Origin: Nitrosopumilus sp.
GTDB lineage: Archaea > Thermoproteota > Nitrososphaeria > Nitrososphaerales > Nitrosopumilaceae
NCBI GenBank assembly: GCA_965249555.1
Contig: OZ252243.1
Location: forward strand, 1,632,001 to 1,696,000
DNA: 64,000 nucleotides
Reading direction: 5' to 3'
A program made the translations under genes and the position numbers. The notes beneath the pieces are model-generated. The model did not search any database and was not told the DNA's origin. It saw only the letters and a list, made by a program, of their open reading frames with translations. This document shows positions 1 to 10,398 of this stretch, one piece after another (position 1 is the stretch's first letter; the number at the start of each line of letters is the position of its first letter).

Positions 1-225
1 ACAAAAAAATTTCCTGCTGGTTTTCGTGATTATAAACTTGAAGACAAGGCCATAAAATTTTGGGCTGATAGAAATCTTCCTAAAACCAACATCTCTTTGG
101 ATACTAACACTGTAAAATTATCTGTAGAATCTCTTTCTAAAATTAAACTGGCTCCTGCGTTTATTTCAAAAATTGAAGCATTACAAGAAAAAAGTTCTAA
201 AATTCATAAAAAAAAATTGTATTAA
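1..225 (+). CDS. 3' end of an unidentified protein running in from the window edge
   Basis: Frame 1 is open from base 1 to TAA at 223-225 (TKKFPAGFRDYKLEDKAIKFWADRN...KKKLY). Confidence 0.6.
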   Translation, partial: TKKFPAGFRDYKLEDKAIKFWADRNLPKTNISLDTNTVKLSVESLSKIKLAPAFISKIEALQEKSSKIHKKKLY

Positions 226-261
226 ATTCATTAACATCTTTGAAAATGTTGACAAGTTTTT

Positions 262-1068
262 CTAGAATTGTTTTCTTATTTCTATTAAAATATTCTCATC
301 ATGCCATTTGATTTTCTCTAAATCATCAAAGTTTTTCTTGATATTTTGTTGGAATATTTCTAGAGATTCATCAAAGGTTTCTTTGTCGTATAGGGCAAAA
401 GTGGAATAGTGATTGTTTTGAGCTTGATGGACTAGTCTATCAAGACTAGATGTTCTAGAATGTCCAAATACTCGGGTGGAATGAATATTCATATCTGCAT
501 TTTTTATATGCTGTTCTAATTCATCTAGTTCGTACAAACGATCTTCTTTCTCTGCAAATAATGGAAAGTGTTCTCCCCAAATACTTCTCGAATTCTGATT
601 TCTTAGTCTAGTGTATATGAAAATATGTCCATCATTTTTGAGTACTCGTAATGATTCAGACAAAAACTTTGGAACATCAAAGTGGTGTATTGCATTAAAG
701 GTAACAATGCAATCTATTGAATTATTCTCTAGTGGAAGTCTGTTTGCATCACCCAATCTTACACAAAAGTTTGTAGTATTTTGTTCGACAAGATAACTCT
801 CTAATGATTCTAACATTTTTTCATTATAATCCACACAGTGAATGTAAAATGAATTATCAAAGCATTTCAAAAACTCTAGGGAATATCTACCATCACCGCA
901 ACCAATATCTGCCATGTTGATTTTAGATTTTTCTTTTAGATTGTCTTTTATGTGTAGGATTGGTTTTGTATCGAGTGTTCTTACACTTCGATATTTTGAG
1001 GCAATAGTTGAAAAGTGAGTATGCATATCTTGCAAGTTTAATTTAATTTTATTTTGTATTTTTGACAA
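262..1068 (-). CDS. Class I SAM-dependent methyltransferase
   Basis: Motif I ADIGCGDG; GDANRLPLENNSID; VLKNDG. Confidence 0.9.
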   Translation of the reverse strand: MSKIQNKIKLNLQDMHTHFSTIASKYRSVRTLDTKPILHIKDNLKEKSKINMADIGCGDGRYSLEFLKCFDNSFYIHCVDYNEKMLESLESYLVEQNTTNFCVRLGDANRLPLENNSIDCIVTFNAIHHFDVPKFLSESLRVLKNDGHIFIYTRLRNQNSRSIWGEHFPLFAEKEDRLYELDELEQHIKNADMNIHSTRVFGHSRTSSLDRLVHQAQNNHYSTFALYDKETFDESLEIFQQNIKKNFDDLEKIKWHDENILIEIRKQF

Positions 1069-1225
1069 GGATATGGATGACTTTTCACCCTATATGAAGC
1101 CACTAGTTTTCAATCAATTTAACATGAAAAGAATCAAAAAACTAGATTCTTGACGATAAAATCAAAATTTGTATGTTATATGATGGAAATAAAGAGATAA
1201 TATACAATGCAGTGTAATGTAGTAT

Positions 1226-1411
1226 GTGGTACTTGTACTGATAGGAATTGCAATAGGAATTCTATTAGTGATAGTTCTAATTATCAAGGCAATTAAAACA
1301 TCTTCTCATGATGTTGTGGGGGTTGATATGCACTGTAGAAAGTGTGGGATTAAGATACACGGGTTGCCATGTGCAAAATGTGAACAAAGAACCAAATCAT
1401 TTGGTGTTTAA
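1226..1411 (+). CDS. Small membrane-anchored zinc-ribbon protein
   Basis: N-terminal hydrophobic helix followed by CRKC...CAKC. Confidence 0.65.
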   Translation: MVLVLIGIAIGILLVIVLIIKAIKTSSHDVVGVDMHCRKCGIKIHGLPCAKCEQRTKSFGV

Positions 1412-1503
1412 TTTTTACTCCAAATTGTAATAGATATTACCAAAAAAAGCTAGTAGTTACTGCTTATTGTTGATTAAAAATTTATTTAATTAATAAAAAC
1501 CCA

Positions 1504-1674
1504 CTATTTGAATTCTGTTAAGCCACATTTTCCACACGTGTTTCTATCTTTGTGTTCTGACATAAACACACCTTTTCCACATCTTGCACAAACTTTTCTA
1601 GTTTTTGTTACTTTGTCACCATCAACTTTGTAATATGAATAAACATTTGGACTAGAACCTTTTCTACCTGCCAT
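1504..1674 (-). CDS. rps27ae: 30S ribosomal protein S27ae (not in ORF track, 56 aa)
   Basis: Manual translation MAGRKGSSPNVYSYYKVDGDKVTKTRKVCARCGKGVFMSEHKDRNTCGKCGLTEFK; TAATG overlap with the rps24e stop. Confidence 0.95.
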   Translation of the reverse strand: MAGRKGSSPNVYSYYKVDGDKVTKTRKVCARCGKGVFMSEHKDRNTCGKCGLTEFK

Positions 1675-2147
1675 TATTTAGATTTCTCCTCTTCTTTAGC
1701 TGGTTTCTCATCTGCTTTAACTTCTGCATCTTTAGCTGGTTTCTCATCTGCTTTAACTTCTGCATCTTTAGCTGGTTTCTCATCTGCTTTAACTTCTGCA
1801 TCTTTAGCTGGTTTCTCATCTGCTGGTGCTTCTTCTGTTGCTTTTTCAGCTTCTGCTAGTTTTGCTTTTGTCTTTTCTAGTCTTGAGAAAATTGTTGGGT
1901 TGACCTGTTTTTTTGCCAACCCTTCATCATCATAAACATAGAAAATTCCCGTAATCACTGGTTTTCCTACATGGTTTTTCAATCCCATTGGAATCACAAC
2001 TTTACCATCCAGTTTGAATTTTTTAGTAACCATCTCTACTGCTTCCATTTTTTTGAGTTTACCTCCCAATCCTGTAAAATTACATGTTAGTTCTCTTCTA
2101 GATAGGAATGTATTGTCTACGTCTGTAATGGTCTCAATAATGGACAT
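1674..2147 (-). CDS. rps24e: 30S ribosomal protein S24e with acidic/Lys repeat C-terminal extension
   Basis: NTFLSRRE...YVYDD S24e pattern; directly upstream of S27ae; likely start MSIIE at 2147. Confidence 0.88.
   Translation of the reverse strand: MSIIETITDVDNTFLSRRELTCNFTGLGGKLKKMEAVEMVTKKFKLDGKVVIPMGLKNHVGKPVITGIFYVYDDEGLAKKQVNPTIFSRLEKTKAKLAEAEKATEEAPADEKPAKDAEVKADEKPAKDAEVKADEKPAKDAEVKADEKPAKEEEKSK
1693..1824. repeat. 36-bp perfect coding tandem repeat, ~3.7 copies (ADEKPAKDAEVK)
   Basis: tctttagctggtttctcatctgctttaacttctgca at 1693, 1729, 1765 and partial at 1801. Confidence 0.95.
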
Positions 2148-2230
2148 GTACCCAAAATCCTTTGGATATTTCATATAAACCTTGATTGTAATTAGAAAAG
2201 AAATTTAAGAAATTCCTGCAGAGAAATGTC

Positions 2231-2791
2231 ATGGAACGCTATATGCTACATTTTAAAAATAAAGGCTATGGTCCTGAGCATTCCCGTGAGATAATTAACA
2301 AGGCTCGAGATCTTACATCTGATCTGAATGCATCAGTTCGAGTTGCCAGAATTGCTAGCAAATTTGTAGAGTTGGATGTAGGAGTTGAAAAAGAAGATCT
2401 AGACACACTTGTTGGAACACTATCTCCAATTGGGTCTATAGATAATATTCGACATGTCATCGAAGAAGAGATCGATAAAGAGCAAGGTATCAAAGATGGA
2501 ATTTTTTACTTTAACAATGAAAGATTTTGGGAATGCCATGAGGCGTTGGAAGGTGCTTGGAAACAGTGTTTTGGACGAGAAAAAGAACTTCTTCAAGGAA
2601 TAATTCTATTTGCAGTTGCATTTGCTCATGCTCAAGAAGATGAACTCAGTATTGGAATTGGAATGCTACATAGAGTTTTAGAAAAATTAGGCACTTCTCC
2701 TTCTGAATATCACTCTATAGATGTAGATAGAATTAGAAACAAAGCAGTTGAAATGCAACAAGCAAACAACTTGACTATTTTTGAGATTTAA
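2231..2791 (+). CDS. DUF309 domain protein
   Basis: YFNNERFWECHEALEGAW...QGIIL signature. Confidence 0.85.
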   Translation: MERYMLHFKNKGYGPEHSREIINKARDLTSDLNASVRVARIASKFVELDVGVEKEDLDTLVGTLSPIGSIDNIRHVIEEEIDKEQGIKDGIFYFNNERFWECHEALEGAWKQCFGREKELLQGIILFAVAFAHAQEDELSIGIGMLHRVLEKLGTSPSEYHSIDVDRIRNKAVEMQQANNLTIFEI

Positions 2792-4079
2792 TTAATTCTA
2801 AAGCTTTTGGAACTACTTCTGCACCTTGAAGCAAACCAATACTTCCTTTTTTAGCTTGTTCTTCAGTCATTCTTGTTGTTCCGTCATTTTTAATAAAATC
2901 ACCTGACACTAAAACTGGAACCGGATCATCACTATGTCCCTTGTTAATACATGGCGTTGAATGATCAGCTGAAATGATAATTGCAACTTTACTTGAATCA
3001 ATGTTTTCGACAAGAGTTTTGAAGAATCTCTGATCAATTTCTTCTATGTTTTTTGTTTTTCCAATTGCATCTCCATCATGACCAAATTCATCTGGTCCCT
3101 TGAGATGAACGTATATTGCATTTTGAGTTTCCATAGCATCAGCAGCTACTCTTGCTTTTTCTTCATAATCTGTTAGTCCACCTGCTTCAAATGCTTTCAT
3201 CTTGAGAACTTCTGAAATTCCAAGCTCTACTGGCATATCAACTATGCATGAAAATTTCATAGCATATTTTTCATTAATCGGAATTACATCTGGATATCTG
3301 TTACCTGCATCTCTAAGCAAAATACAACTTAGTTGCTTTTTGTCTTGTTCTTGTCTTTTCTTGTTAACTTTACTTTCTTTCATAATATTGATTGATTGCT
3401 CTGAAAACTCATTTACTAGATTTGCAGTAAATTTAGAATCTTCAGTTCCTTCTAATGGCAAACATTTTTCAATTTTTAGGAAATCCCCAACGGCTTTTGC
3501 TACTCCCATACCGCCAATATTGCTGTATGCTGGATCTGTATTGGTAATTCTTGCAGATAATTTTTGAGAGCCTACTCTGATTCTGACTGTTACTCTGTGT
3601 CCAATTGTTGGAGAAACTACAACTGATGTACCAGGATGTGAAAATCTGATCTTTTCTTCAACTTCTTTTGCTATTCCACATGTGTCTTCTTTTTCAATAT
3701 GCCTTCCTGCTCTCCTATCTATGATTATTCCTTCTTCATTTAATGTAGAATAATTTCCTCTTAATGCTAAATCTCCATTCTTAAAATCAATTCCAATACC
3801 TATAGCTTCAATCACTCCGCGACCAACATACTCTGTATAATTGAATTTGTATCCTAACATATTGAAAACAGCAATGTCTGATTCTGGTGCAATTCCTTTT
3901 CCAACAGAAATTACTTCCCCTATTGTTCCGTTACTGGCAATTTTATCTAAAGTTGGTGTATTTGCAGCCTCTAATGGCGTTTTTCCATCCAAATCTGGAT
4001 GTGGAAGATCTCCGACACCATCTAAAAGAACATAGATCATGTGAATATCTGAATTATCCATAATAACCATGTCTATCAA
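2775..4079 (-). CDS. apgM: 2,3-bisphosphoglycerate-independent phosphoglycerate mutase (archaeal type)
   Basis: DGVGD...GKTPLEAANTP, HLKGPDEFGHDG, ADHSTP, GHSDDPVP. Confidence 0.93.
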   Translation of the reverse strand: MIDMVIMDNSDIHMIYVLLDGVGDLPHPDLDGKTPLEAANTPTLDKIASNGTIGEVISVGKGIAPESDIAVFNMLGYKFNYTEYVGRGVIEAIGIGIDFKNGDLALRGNYSTLNEEGIIIDRRAGRHIEKEDTCGIAKEVEEKIRFSHPGTSVVVSPTIGHRVTVRIRVGSQKLSARITNTDPAYSNIGGMGVAKAVGDFLKIEKCLPLEGTEDSKFTANLVNEFSEQSINIMKESKVNKKRQEQDKKQLSCILLRDAGNRYPDVIPINEKYAMKFSCIVDMPVELGISEVLKMKAFEAGGLTDYEEKARVAADAMETQNAIYVHLKGPDEFGHDGDAIGKTKNIEEIDQRFFKTLVENIDSSKVAIIISADHSTPCINKGHSDDPVPVLVSGDFIKNDGTTRMTEEQAKKGSIGLLQGAEVVPKALELIKSQK

Positions 4080-4296
4080 AGATCTGATACTTTCCTTTAA
4101 AGTTTACATCAAAATATGCGATCACAATAAAATATAAAATAAATTTTTCATAGTTTTTTAATTTTCAAAAGCATTCATTTTTTGATAAAAATGAGATTTC
4201 CCTAATATTGTAAAAATTTTATTGCATTTTTTTTAATTTTGACATTGATTAGATCTTAGTAAACGTTTTAACAGACATTTACTTTCAATAATAATT

Positions 4297-5313
4297 ATGG
4301 GAGATATGCGCAAGGGTTATGTTTCTGAGCGTTTCATGATTATTTCAAAAAAAGATGACAAAGTTGTTGATCCAAAAAAATTTCCTTTCGCTCCTGGAAA
4401 TGAATCCATGACAAACCCTTCTGTTTTGTCTCTTGTTGCAAGAGAAGGAATGTTACAACGTCTTCAAGATAATGAAGATGAATATGTAAAAAATTGGTCA
4501 ATTAGAGTTTTTGAAAGTAATAATCCCATAGTTTCAATTGATACTGAAAATTCTTACAGTGATAGACCTTTCTATAGTGAACCTGCGTATGGTTATCATT
4601 ACATTGTAGTTGCATCACCAAATAAAAAAGACACATTTGCAACAATCGATACTGAACAATGGTCAAACGTTCTTGTTGTTGTTCAAGATAGATTGAGATG
4701 GCTTTATACGCAAAAAGGAGTAACTTATGTTTCAATTTATGGTGACCATGGTGAATTAGCTGGTAATACCAATCCTCATCCTCACCTTCATCTTCTCACA
4801 CTTTCCACAATTCCTCCAATAATTGAAGAGGAAGCAGAAGCCTCTCACAGAATTCTGAATGAAAAAGGTGTCTGTCCTATGTGTCAGGTAGTAAATGAGG
4901 AAATTGCTGGTCCCAGACAAGTTCTTCAAACAGAAGGATTTATTGCATTTTGCCCATGGGCTCCTTCATATCCATACGAATTTTGGATTTCTCCCAAAAA
5001 ACATATCACTAGTTTCTCAAAAATCACTCAAAAAGAAATCAATGATTTATCATTAATTCTTAGATCAACTTTGGGCGGCCTTTCACAAACTGTCAAAAAT
5101 GTTGCATATAATTTGGTATTTCATCTTTCTCCTGAAAAGAAAAACAGTAAACAAATTCACTGGCATATTGAAGTATACCCAATTACCAAACCTTGGTCTG
5201 GATTAGAACGCGGATATGGAATTTTCTTAAATGATATCTCTCCTGAACAAGCTGCAGAAAAACTTGGTGCAGCATGCCGGAAAGAATTAGCCAACATAGT
5301 TGGAATTGTATGA
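4297..5313 (+). CDS. Galactose-1-phosphate uridylyltransferase family (HIT-like)
   Basis: PFAPGNE, HPH motif, CPMC, HWHIEVYP. Confidence 0.85.
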   Translation: MGDMRKGYVSERFMIISKKDDKVVDPKKFPFAPGNESMTNPSVLSLVAREGMLQRLQDNEDEYVKNWSIRVFESNNPIVSIDTENSYSDRPFYSEPAYGYHYIVVASPNKKDTFATIDTEQWSNVLVVVQDRLRWLYTQKGVTYVSIYGDHGELAGNTNPHPHLHLLTLSTIPPIIEEEAEASHRILNEKGVCPMCQVVNEEIAGPRQVLQTEGFIAFCPWAPSYPYEFWISPKKHITSFSKITQKEINDLSLILRSTLGGLSQTVKNVAYNLVFHLSPEKKNSKQIHWHIEVYPITKPWSGLERGYGIFLNDISPEQAAEKLGAACRKELANIVGIV

Positions 5314-5355
5314 TTTTCTGAATGGTTTATTTATCAACTAAAATTTGTTAGAATC

Positions 5356-5796
5356 ATGGCAATGGAGAAATGGCTTGCAATCACTAGTGTTGCTTTGTTT
5401 GCAATGTTTGCAGGAGAAATGATTTCAGTTTACAACTTTATGATTAACATCCCTGAGGATGACGGATTTTTAAGAACATTTGAACCAGATTCTAAACTAA
5501 TTCAATTCATTTCAATTGGTGTTGCCCCAGCTGGAATTTTAGCTGGAGTTGCGTTTATCATGTCAAAGCGATATGGTTCAAAACTAATTGGAGGAATGAT
5601 TGTTGCAGGTGGAGTAATTTTGTTAGTAGGAATGTATGTTTGTTATTCAATGATAAATAGAATTGAAGATGATTATATTACAGATGCCGTAAGATACTTA
5701 CCAATCTTGTTTATGGCGTTGTCCATTCCTGTTATGGGTGTTGGGGCTTATTTATCAAAACAGAAAAAGATTCGTCCTAAAAAAGAATACTTTTAG
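5356..5796 (+). CDS. Four-TM hypothetical membrane protein
   Basis: Four hydrophobic segments and a basic C-terminal tail. Confidence 0.75.
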   Translation: MAMEKWLAITSVALFAMFAGEMISVYNFMINIPEDDGFLRTFEPDSKLIQFISIGVAPAGILAGVAFIMSKRYGSKLIGGMIVAGGVILLVGMYVCYSMINRIEDDYITDAVRYLPILFMALSIPVMGVGAYLSKQKKIRPKKEYF

Positions 5797-6230
5797 ATGT
5801 GATCAAATCTTAACTCATTTGCAATATGCTTGAAACCGAGTTTTTCATAAAATAGTCTTACATCATCTGTACAATCTAAAATTGTCTTGTAACAGCCACG
5901 ATTCTTTGCAAACTCGAGAAGATACTTTATGATTTTCTCACCAATTTTTTGTCCTTGAAAGTTTTTGTCTACTACAACATCTTCAATATGCCCCACTAGT
6001 CCTCCTTTGTGAATGAATTTTGGTTCAATTAGAAGTGTTGTGGCTCCAACTATTTTTCCATCTAATTCCGCAACTGCTATTATGTGATCTGGATTTGAAT
6101 TAATTTTTTCAAAAATCTCTTCAGCATTGTTTTTGTCAATATCACTTGCTTGTCTTAATGAATCAAGTGTTGTTAGAAATCCATTCCAAAGATCCTCCTT
6201 TCTTAATTCTCTGATGATTGGCTCACTCAT
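5793..6230 (-). CDS. GNAT acetyltransferase, glucosamine-phosphate N-acetyltransferase-like
   Basis: EPKFIH...GHIEDVVV...QGQKIG...GCYKTILDC...FYEKLGF. Confidence 0.9.
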   Translation of the reverse strand: MSEPIIRELRKEDLWNGFLTTLDSLRQASDIDKNNAEEIFEKINSNPDHIIAVAELDGKIVGATTLLIEPKFIHKGGLVGHIEDVVVDKNFQGQKIGEKIIKYLLEFAKNRGCYKTILDCTDDVRLFYEKLGFKHIANELRFDHI

Positions 6231-6238
6231 TTTTATTT

Positions 6239-6940
6239 TCAGTTCTTTCCTAGTTTTTGAATATAGTCCTGATATGCTTTTTTGTATGATGCTTTGTTAC
6301 CAATATCTGTAAATCCTTTCTTTGTAATGAAACTACTCACTAATTTTTTTCTGTTCATTGCTTTTTTTATAACATCATCCATTCCGTATGGCTTATTTTT
6401 TGGAATGAAACTCATAATTTTAGGTTCCATTACATAGCATCCCATGTTTACGTTAGCTTTGATCTCTGGTTTTTCATTCCAGCTTAAGACTTTCCTAGTT
6501 TTGGAGGTCTCAATTACTCCATAAGGCAAGTTGGTTTTGTATGCATTTAGACTCATTGTAACAAATGCCTTTTTTTTAATATGTTGCTTTATCATATTTC
6601 TAAGACTAAAATCAAAAATTGAATCTCCATATATGCAAACAAAAGTATCATCTATGAAGTCTTCTGCAGTTTTGAGCTGACCGGCAGTAGCTAGTGGTTT
6701 ACTTGAAATTGCATATTCTATGTTAACTCCAAATTGTTTTCCATCTTCAAAATACTCTTCAATAGTTTTTCTGAGATAACTAACACACAAAACAATTGAT
6801 TTGATACCATTTTTTTTTATCCATTCAATTAGATGTTCCAAGATTGGTTTTTCACCTAATGGTAACATTGGTTTTGGAAGAAATGTTGTGTATGGTTGAA
6901 GTCTTGTACCTAATCCTCCAGCAAGAATAACTGCTTTCAC
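6239..6940 (-). CDS. Sugar-phosphate nucleotidyltransferase
   Basis: ILAGGLGTRLQP...PKPMLP; EKP. Confidence 0.92.
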   Translation of the reverse strand: MKAVILAGGLGTRLQPYTTFLPKPMLPLGEKPILEHLIEWIKKNGIKSIVLCVSYLRKTIEEYFEDGKQFGVNIEYAISSKPLATAGQLKTAEDFIDDTFVCIYGDSIFDFSLRNMIKQHIKKKAFVTMSLNAYKTNLPYGVIETSKTRKVLSWNEKPEIKANVNMGCYVMEPKIMSFIPKNKPYGMDDVIKKAMNRKKLVSSFITKKGFTDIGNKASYKKAYQDYIQKLGKN

Positions 6941-6998
6941 AAATACTATTTGAGTGTTGACTATTTATGTTCAAGGATAAATTTTGACTAAACGTATA

Positions 6999-8297
6999 TC
7001 AAATAATTTTTAAAACTTTTTTCAAAACATTGTTTGGATTTTCTCCAAAAACTATAATCATTGGTTCTTTTCCAAAATCCCCTTTGTGATAAATCACATC
7101 AAATACTTTCTTTGAGTTTTTCATTACACTTTTCATTCCCCACTCTATTGTGGAACTTTTTAATTTTACATTTTCAGGTTCTTGACTTCTATTGTAACTC
7201 GAAACTATTAATTTTGATTTTTTTATTTTTAATATGGTTGAGTTTTGATATTTTAGATTTATTGCGGAACAAATTTGTGGGAATTTTTTATTCATTGCCA
7301 ACACCGCTGTTGCAACATGTTTTGAGCCCCCATATGCCAAATTTCCTGCAAGTTGCACATGTTTTCCAGTTTTGACAATTCTTCCAGAAATTCCTAGAAT
7401 GTCTTTTGTTGACTTTGGTTTTTGTTTGGAATATACAAAATTCGTTTGGCATTCTGGAATATTTTTATAAATATTTTTGATTTCTACAAATTTAGTAATT
7501 GCATCTGATAATTCTGAATTGATTTTATCATATTCTTGAATGTCTGTTATTACAATTCCCTTTCCTACCTTTTTTGCATTTTTTATTGAATTGGAAGTAA
7601 ATTGCTTAGCGAATCTTACTGATTCTCTTATGCTTTTATTTTTTGCAAGTGCAAAAATTATGGCTGCAGAATAATTACATCCACTACCATGATTCCTTTT
7701 AGAAATTCTATCTCCTGAAATCAAATATCTGTTATTTTTTTCTAGTATGAAATCTGATATTTGATTATTTTTTGTCTTAATTCCTGTAATTACAACATTT
7801 TTTGCTCCCATTTTTTGAATTATCTTTGCAACTTTTTCAAGTGTATTTTTTGTATTAATCTTGGTTTTTGATATGATTTCAGCCTCAAATTTATTTGGTG
7901 TAATTATTGTTGCAAGAGGAACTATGAATTTTTGAAAATCTTTGATAGCTGATTTTTCTATTAATGATCCACCTGTAGTTGATTTAAGTACAGGATCAAT
8001 AACTATTGGAACCTTTACTTTTTTTAATTGATGATAAAGTATTTTGATGATTTGAGAATTATATACCATTCCAATTTTTATCCCGTCAATTTTAAAATCT
8101 GATGTCACAGACTCTAACTGATTTTTTAGAATTTTTTGTGATACTGGTTCAATCATACCAAAACTTGAAGTATTTTGACCTGTAATTGCAGTAATTACTG
8201 TTAAAACATGTACATTAAATGAAGAAAAAGTTTTGATATCACTTTGAATACCTGCACCTGATGAAGGATCAGAACCCCCAATTGAAAGTAAATTCAT
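6999..8297 (-). CDS. thiDN: Bifunctional HMP(-P) kinase / thiamine-phosphate synthase ThiDN
   Basis: GSDPSSGAGIQSD, ITPNKFEA, HGSGC; C-terminal ThiN domain (IPECQTN, GGSKHVA, GKEPMI). Confidence 0.93.
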   Translation of the reverse strand: MNLLSIGGSDPSSGAGIQSDIKTFSSFNVHVLTVITAITGQNTSSFGMIEPVSQKILKNQLESVTSDFKIDGIKIGMVYNSQIIKILYHQLKKVKVPIVIDPVLKSTTGGSLIEKSAIKDFQKFIVPLATIITPNKFEAEIISKTKINTKNTLEKVAKIIQKMGAKNVVITGIKTKNNQISDFILEKNNRYLISGDRISKRNHGSGCNYSAAIIFALAKNKSIRESVRFAKQFTSNSIKNAKKVGKGIVITDIQEYDKINSELSDAITKFVEIKNIYKNIPECQTNFVYSKQKPKSTKDILGISGRIVKTGKHVQLAGNLAYGGSKHVATAVLAMNKKFPQICSAINLKYQNSTILKIKKSKLIVSSYNRSQEPENVKLKSSTIEWGMKSVMKNSKKVFDVIYHKGDFGKEPMIIVFGENPNNVLKKVLKII

Positions 8298-8394
8298 AAT
8301 ATTTTCTTGTTCTCAGTACTAATCTGTTTTTCCTTTAAATCTCCAATCTTTATTGATGTGTGATTGAATTTTTTGATATCAATTTTATACTTCA

Positions 8395-8604
8395 ATGACT
8401 TGCTTAATACTTGTGCCTAAAATTCCTGTGATAAGTGATTCACCACCTGAAGAATTACGGTGTACAACTTGTTTGTTACCTATGCAATATCAAGCAAAGA
8501 AAGATGATAAATTCCTATGGCAATGTTTTAAATGTGGAAAACAATATCTTGTTTCTGAAAGTATTGATCATGGAATAGAAGAGAGTTGGAGTCCACCTAG
8601 ATAA
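8395..8604 (+). CDS. Small zinc-ribbon protein
   Basis: CTTC...WQCFKCG. Confidence 0.65.
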   Translation: MTCLILVPKIPVISDSPPEELRCTTCLLPMQYQAKKDDKFLWQCFKCGKQYLVSESIDHGIEESWSPPR

Positions 8605-8609
8605 CAAAC

Positions 8610-8828
8610 ATGTCTGAAATAGAATCTGTAAAGTCTGAAAATCAAAAACTTTGGAACTATATTTCATTAATTTTATCTGAAATTGAATTGATACAAAGAA
8701 TTGGCGAGATCAGACAAAATTTTGAAAATCCATCTGATTCTGAACGTATAATCGAGCCTATTTTAGACAGAATATCTAAAATCAAATCTGAAAGATTTAT
8801 TTTGGAACAAGAATTGCATCTGAATTGA
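8610..8828 (+). CDS. Hypothetical coiled-coil protein
   Basis: ATG-started 72-aa ORF 5 bp after the previous gene. Confidence 0.6.
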   Translation: MSEIESVKSENQKLWNYISLILSEIELIQRIGEIRQNFENPSDSERIIEPILDRISKIKSERFILEQELHLN

Positions 8829-8837
8829 TTTCAATTG

Positions 8838-8936
8838 TTAGGCTGATGATTGAGTAACACAATCAAACGAACAAAATTCATCATTCATATTATAAAATTC
8901 TCTGCCACAATGTTTGCATTCTTTGATAGTTCCCAC
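8838..8936 (-). CDS. 32-aa Cys4 micro-protein (CxxC...FCSxxC; not in ORF track)
   Basis: GTG start; MGTIKECKHCGREFYNMNDEFCSFDCVTQSSA. Confidence 0.6.
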   Translation of the reverse strand: MGTIKECKHCGREFYNMNDEFCSFDCVTQSSA

Positions 8937-9069
8937 AAGTATCAATACGTAATTATGACATATAAGATCGATCAATTTTCTTAATATAGTGTGGGAAAAT
9001 TTTTAAGCGATCAATAATATTTAACAACTTTCATGATTGTTTAAATCAGGTAAAAGCATAGATAACTTT

Positions 9070-10398
9070 ATGACAACTCAGATGACTGCTGCACGACGTG
9101 GTGTTGCTACTGATGAAATGAAACAAGTGGCAAAAGATGAAGATGTTTCACTTGATTGGTTGATTCCAAAAATTGCAAGCGGTTCTATAATAATTCCGAG
9201 TAATAATGTTAGACCACAAAAAATTCATAATGTTGGAATTGGCAAAGGTCTTAAAACTAAAGTGAACGTCAACATTGGTACATCCACACTAAATGTAAAC
9301 TTGGAAGAAGAAATTGAAAAAGCCAAGATTGCAGTAAAATATCATGCAGATACAATGATGGATCTTAGTGATGGTGGTGATGTTAAAAAAATAAGACAGA
9401 CTCTTTTGGATGTTGCTCCAATCACTTTTGGGACTGTTCCAATTTATGAAGCCTACAATTATGGAGTCGAGGTTCACAAAAATCCTTTGAATTTAACTGA
9501 AGATGATTATCTAAATGCGTTTGAAAATAATATAAAAGATGGAGTTGATTATGTTACAATTCATTGTGGAATTACTAAAGATATTGCAAAAAGAATCCTA
9601 AAAGTTCAGAGATATGGTGGTGTTGTAAGTAAAGGGGGAACAATTACTGCGGCATGGATGTTAAAACATGACAAAGAAAACCCATATGTCACTCATTATG
9701 ATTATATGATTGAACTTGCCAAAAAATATGATGTCACATTTAGCCTTGGAGATGCACTTAGACCTGGCTCAATTTTAGATTCTCATGATGAATTACAAGT
9801 TCAAGAAATGATCAATATCTCACAATTAACAAAACGTGCACATGAACAAGATATTCAAGTGATGGTTGAGGGACCAGGACATGTTCCACTAAATGAGGTT
9901 GCAGCAAATGTTCGACTCGCAAAGTCTCTAATTGGTGATGTTCCATATTATGTTCTTGGTCCTTTGGTAACTGATATTGCATCTGGCCATGATCACATTG
10001 CAAGTGCAATTGGGGCTGCAGTTTCAGCAAGTGAAGGAGTTGATCTTTTATGTTATCTTACTCCTTCTGAACATCTATCTTTACCAAATGTGGAAGAAGT
10101 CAAAGCAGGACTGATTGCATATAGAATTGCAGCTCATGCCGGTGATCTTGTGAAAATTCGTGATAAGGTAATCAAATGGGATATGGAAATGACTGAAGCT
10201 CGACGTACTCTGGATTGGGAAAAACAACTTGCACTATCCATCGATCCTGAGGCTGCAGCTAAAATTCATAGTAGAACAGGACAACATCCTGGAAATAATG
10301 TTCCATGTACAATGTGTGGTGGTGCTTGTGTTTACATGATGTTGCCACAGCAAAAAAAGTATGAAAAAGAAAATAAAAATTTACAACAGATTGAATAA
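9070..10398 (+). CDS. thiC: Phosphomethylpyrimidine synthase ThiC
   Basis: TKVNVNIGTS, SLGDALRPG, EGPGHVP, CTMCG...C; likely start MTTQM at 9070. Confidence 0.97.
   Translation: MTTQMTAARRGVATDEMKQVAKDEDVSLDWLIPKIASGSIIIPSNNVRPQKIHNVGIGKGLKTKVNVNIGTSTLNVNLEEEIEKAKIAVKYHADTMMDLSDGGDVKKIRQTLLDVAPITFGTVPIYEAYNYGVEVHKNPLNLTEDDYLNAFENNIKDGVDYVTIHCGITKDIAKRILKVQRYGGVVSKGGTITAAWMLKHDKENPYVTHYDYMIELAKKYDVTFSLGDALRPGSILDSHDELQVQEMINISQLTKRAHEQDIQVMVEGPGHVPLNEVAANVRLAKSLIGDVPYYVLGPLVTDIASGHDHIASAIGAAVSASEGVDLLCYLTPSEHLSLPNVEEVKAGLIAYRIAAHAGDLVKIRDKVIKWDMEMTEARRTLDWEKQLALSIDPEAAAKIHSRTGQHPGNNVPCTMCGGACVYMMLPQQKKYEKENKNLQQIE

Noticed and set aside
8940-9070. TPP riboswitch before thiC
   Set aside because: No CUGAGA core or GC-rich stems are present.
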